Origin: Promethearchaeota archaeon
GTDB lineage: Archaea; Asgardarchaeota; Lokiarchaeia; Sigyniarchaeales; SOKP01
DNA length: 64,000 bases
Assembly: GCA_019058445.1 (NCBI GenBank)
Contig: JAHPZA010000006.1
Location: 224,001 to 288,000, forward strand
Direction: 5' to 3'
Position numbers and translations under genes: made by a program. Below, piece after piece: positions 62,078 to 64,000 of the stretch. The notes under the pieces are model-generated. The model made no database searches and was not told the origin of the DNA. It saw only the letters and a program-made list of their open reading frames with translations. The first letter of the stretch is position 1; each line of letters opens with the position of its first letter.

Positions 62078-63013
62078 TTAAAAATTGTCATTATTTTTTG
62101 ATTTTAATCTGATAAGATCACTATGATATCTCTTCATTTCTTCAATATTTCCTTTTCCAATAATAAAAACACTAATGATGGGTAAATCGTCTTTCTTATA
62201 ATAAATTCCCATCGAATAATCCCTAAATCTAAGTATAATTGATTCCGTCTCAATATTAGCTGCTGATTGATAGGATTTAAGTGCACCTGCTAAAGAAATA
62301 ATTAAACCAGAATCGAATGTTAAATTTCCCGCTTCATTCTTAATTGGATTGTGTAGATAACTGTCAGTATTATAATTTCCTATTTCTTCTAATTTATATC
62401 CGTCTTCGCTCTTCACCTCTTTTTCTATTGATAATAATGAAATTGGAATATAATTTGAAGAATGAACTTGAGAAGTTGTTAGATTGCCTAATTCATTCAT
62501 TATTCTATCAGGAGTATACCCTCTTTCTTGAAGTTTTTTTTCAAAATAAGTGGTTGACTTGCTTTTAAAAATAGGATCTATCCTGTTTTCTATGATTTCA
62601 GGAATTATATCCCGTGTAGCGCCAAGTAAGGCTCCTATTGAACTTTTATTAATAGGGGTTTTCCCATAGGGGGTTTGGATGAATAACCTAATTTTATTTT
62701 TTAGTTCTAAGTCTTTACTAATAACTTCTATGACTTCAACTTGTATATTATTAACGAGATCAAAACCGTAGAAGTCAGCTGATCTTCCAATTTTTTTTCT
62801 TGTTTCCTCGGCAAGTATATCAATTGTATGTAAAAAACTTGACATTATGATATAGCTATCATCATCAGATTCATACGGTAAATTAAATAATGGTACTCCA
62901 TTCAAAGTAATATAAACCGCGATTTTTTCATTCAAATTTCTTTTCTCTACAACAGCTTCTTTACTCATAGTTTGGTTTTTGCTTAATTTAAGTTTATCTT
63001 TTACAAAATACAC
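62078..63013 (-). CDS. Hypothetical protein, putative tandem longin-like domains
   Basis: VYITLNGVPLF...IMSSFLHTIDILAEE and second DSGLIISLAGALKSY...IILRF unit. Confidence 0.55.
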   Translation of the reverse strand: MYFVKDKLKLSKNQTMSKEAVVEKRNLNEKIAVYITLNGVPLFNLPYESDDDSYIIMSSFLHTIDILAEETRKKIGRSADFYGFDLVNNIQVEVIEVISKDLELKNKIRLFIQTPYGKTPINKSSIGALLGATRDIIPEIIENRIDPIFKSKSTTYFEKKLQERGYTPDRIMNELGNLTTSQVHSSNYIPISLLSIEKEVKSEDGYKLEEIGNYNTDSYLHNPIKNEAGNLTFDSGLIISLAGALKSYQSAANIETESIILRFRDYSMGIYYKKDDLPIISVFIIGKGNIEEMKRYHSDLIRLKSKNNDNF

Positions 63014-63203
63014 ATTATACCAAATATTGCCTAATAGTTCATTAAATATTAATTCTCCTTAATTATCAAAGATAATTATTAAAGATTATAACAAAAAATT
63101 AACTATATAAATATAACTTATTTATTTTATAAAATCTATATTTGTTTGCCTCTCTTAGGTCAAATACTTCTCTCCAATAATTAATGTACTGATCTTTGGT
63201 AGC

Positions 63204-64000
63204 TCAAGACTTTACAAATTTAGGATTTGGTTTTGGGATCTTAGCTTCGACACTATCCCTCCAGTCCTTAAGCAATCTTTTGAGTTTTGATGTTATTTCG
63301 GGTAATTCATTAGCAATATTATTATTTTCACTAATATCATTTCTCAGATTATACAATTCAACTCTGCCGTCTTCAAAAAATTCAATTAACTTATAATCAC
63401 CAGCCCTTACTGACGATCCAGGGGTTCCTCCCTGATTTCCATAATGAGGAAAATGCCAAAAAATTGCTTCGCGATCCAATCCATTGTTAGATCTTAATAG
63501 AGGCATTAAACTTACTCCGTCTGTATGTTGCTTGGGCATTAGATCCAGACCTGCCATCTCTAATATTGTTGGATAGAAATCTGGACTTGTAATGGGATAA
63601 GTACACACACTGTTAGGTTTGATAATTCCTGGCCATTTAATAATCAAGGGCTCTCGAGTTCCTCCTTCATACATCCATCCTTTACCTTCGCTTAGAGGAG
63701 AATTACAGGTTGGCGATCCTTCAGCTGTTGCTAAACCTCCATTATCTGAAGTGAATATTATTACTGTATCATTAGTTTTATCTAATTCTTCGAGTGCTTT
63801 AATTAATCGCCCGATATTCTCGTCAAGTTTTTCAATCATACCCGCATAAACGGGATTCGACTGAATTAGTCGACGCTTAATACGATACTTATTTTTATGT
63901 TCGCATGGGAAGTAAGGGCCCTCTTCAAATGTCTTTATATTATCTAGTCCAAGATCCTTAATCTTTTGTTTATATTTCTGTTTGTAGCTCCTTGGAACTT
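63204..64000 (-). CDS. Sulfatase, C-terminal part; gene begins beyond window end
   Basis: Frame open upstream of the listed ORF (PVYAGMIEKLD); FTSDNGG, GKGWMYEGGTREP, ELYNL..DISE. Confidence 0.92.
   Translation of the reverse strand, partial: VPRSYKQKYKQKIKDLGLDNIKTFEEGPYFPCEHKNKYRIKRRLIQSNPVYAGMIEKLDENIGRLIKALEELDKTNDTVIIFTSDNGGLATAEGSPTCNSPLSEGKGWMYEGGTREPLIIKWPGIIKPNSVCTYPITSPDFYPTILEMAGLDLMPKQHTDGVSLMPLLRSNNGLDREAIFWHFPHYGNQGGTPGSSVRAGDYKLIEFFEDGRVELYNLRNDISENNNIANELPEITSKLKRLLKDWRDSVEAKIPKPNPKFVKS

Noticed and set aside
1-64000. Short overlapping or antisense ORFs in the track (e.g. 9763-10152, 31212-31673, 60457-60870)
   Set aside because: Shadows of well-supported genes with no independent motifs
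1-64000. CRISPR arrays, IS elements, selenocysteine or pyrrolysine readthrough
   Set aside because: No spaced direct repeats or transposases seen; recognised genes appear full length without needing stop-codon readthrough

Overview
A gene-dense, AT-rich archaeal chromosomal segment, most consistent with an Asgard archaeon of the Lokiarchaeia/Promethearchaeota type. That lineage call is an inference from archaeal markers (Alba, CdhB/CdhC, PolB1-type polymerase, tetraether synthase, GTP cyclohydrolase III, intron-containing tRNA) combined with an expanded GPH/MFS_2 transporter family, an MglA-like small GTPase and a putative tandem-longin protein. Recognisable modules: fatty-acid/lipid enzymes, an orphan N6-adenine methyltransferase with a fused target-recognition domain, cooT/cdhBC, a stand-alone Mre11-like nuclease, pncB, tetraether synthase plus neighbours, a five-gene archaeal riboflavin operon, polB-tldE-tldD, tRNA-Thr(UGU), a pst/phoU phosphate locus and two sulfatases. 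No transposase, integrase, prophage or CRISPR array was seen. Most notable: (1) the tRNA-Thr carries a 26-nt intron at the non-canonical D-arm position 22/23 with a clear bulge-helix-bulge-like splice motif; (2) an 85-aa winged-helix-like gene missed by the ORF track, apparently CTG-initiated, lies just downstream of phoU, and the locus promoters carry repeated CTATATAG/TATATA palindromes, suggesting an undescribed phosphate regulon; (3) four proteins, including the orphan methyltransferase, end in PCNA-binding (PIP-box-like) tails, suggesting replisome-tethered DNA methylation and repair; (4) a Tes homolog with a natural Tyr-to-Phe change and a tightly coupled small partner gene. All family assignments are by eye from motifs; no database searches were run.
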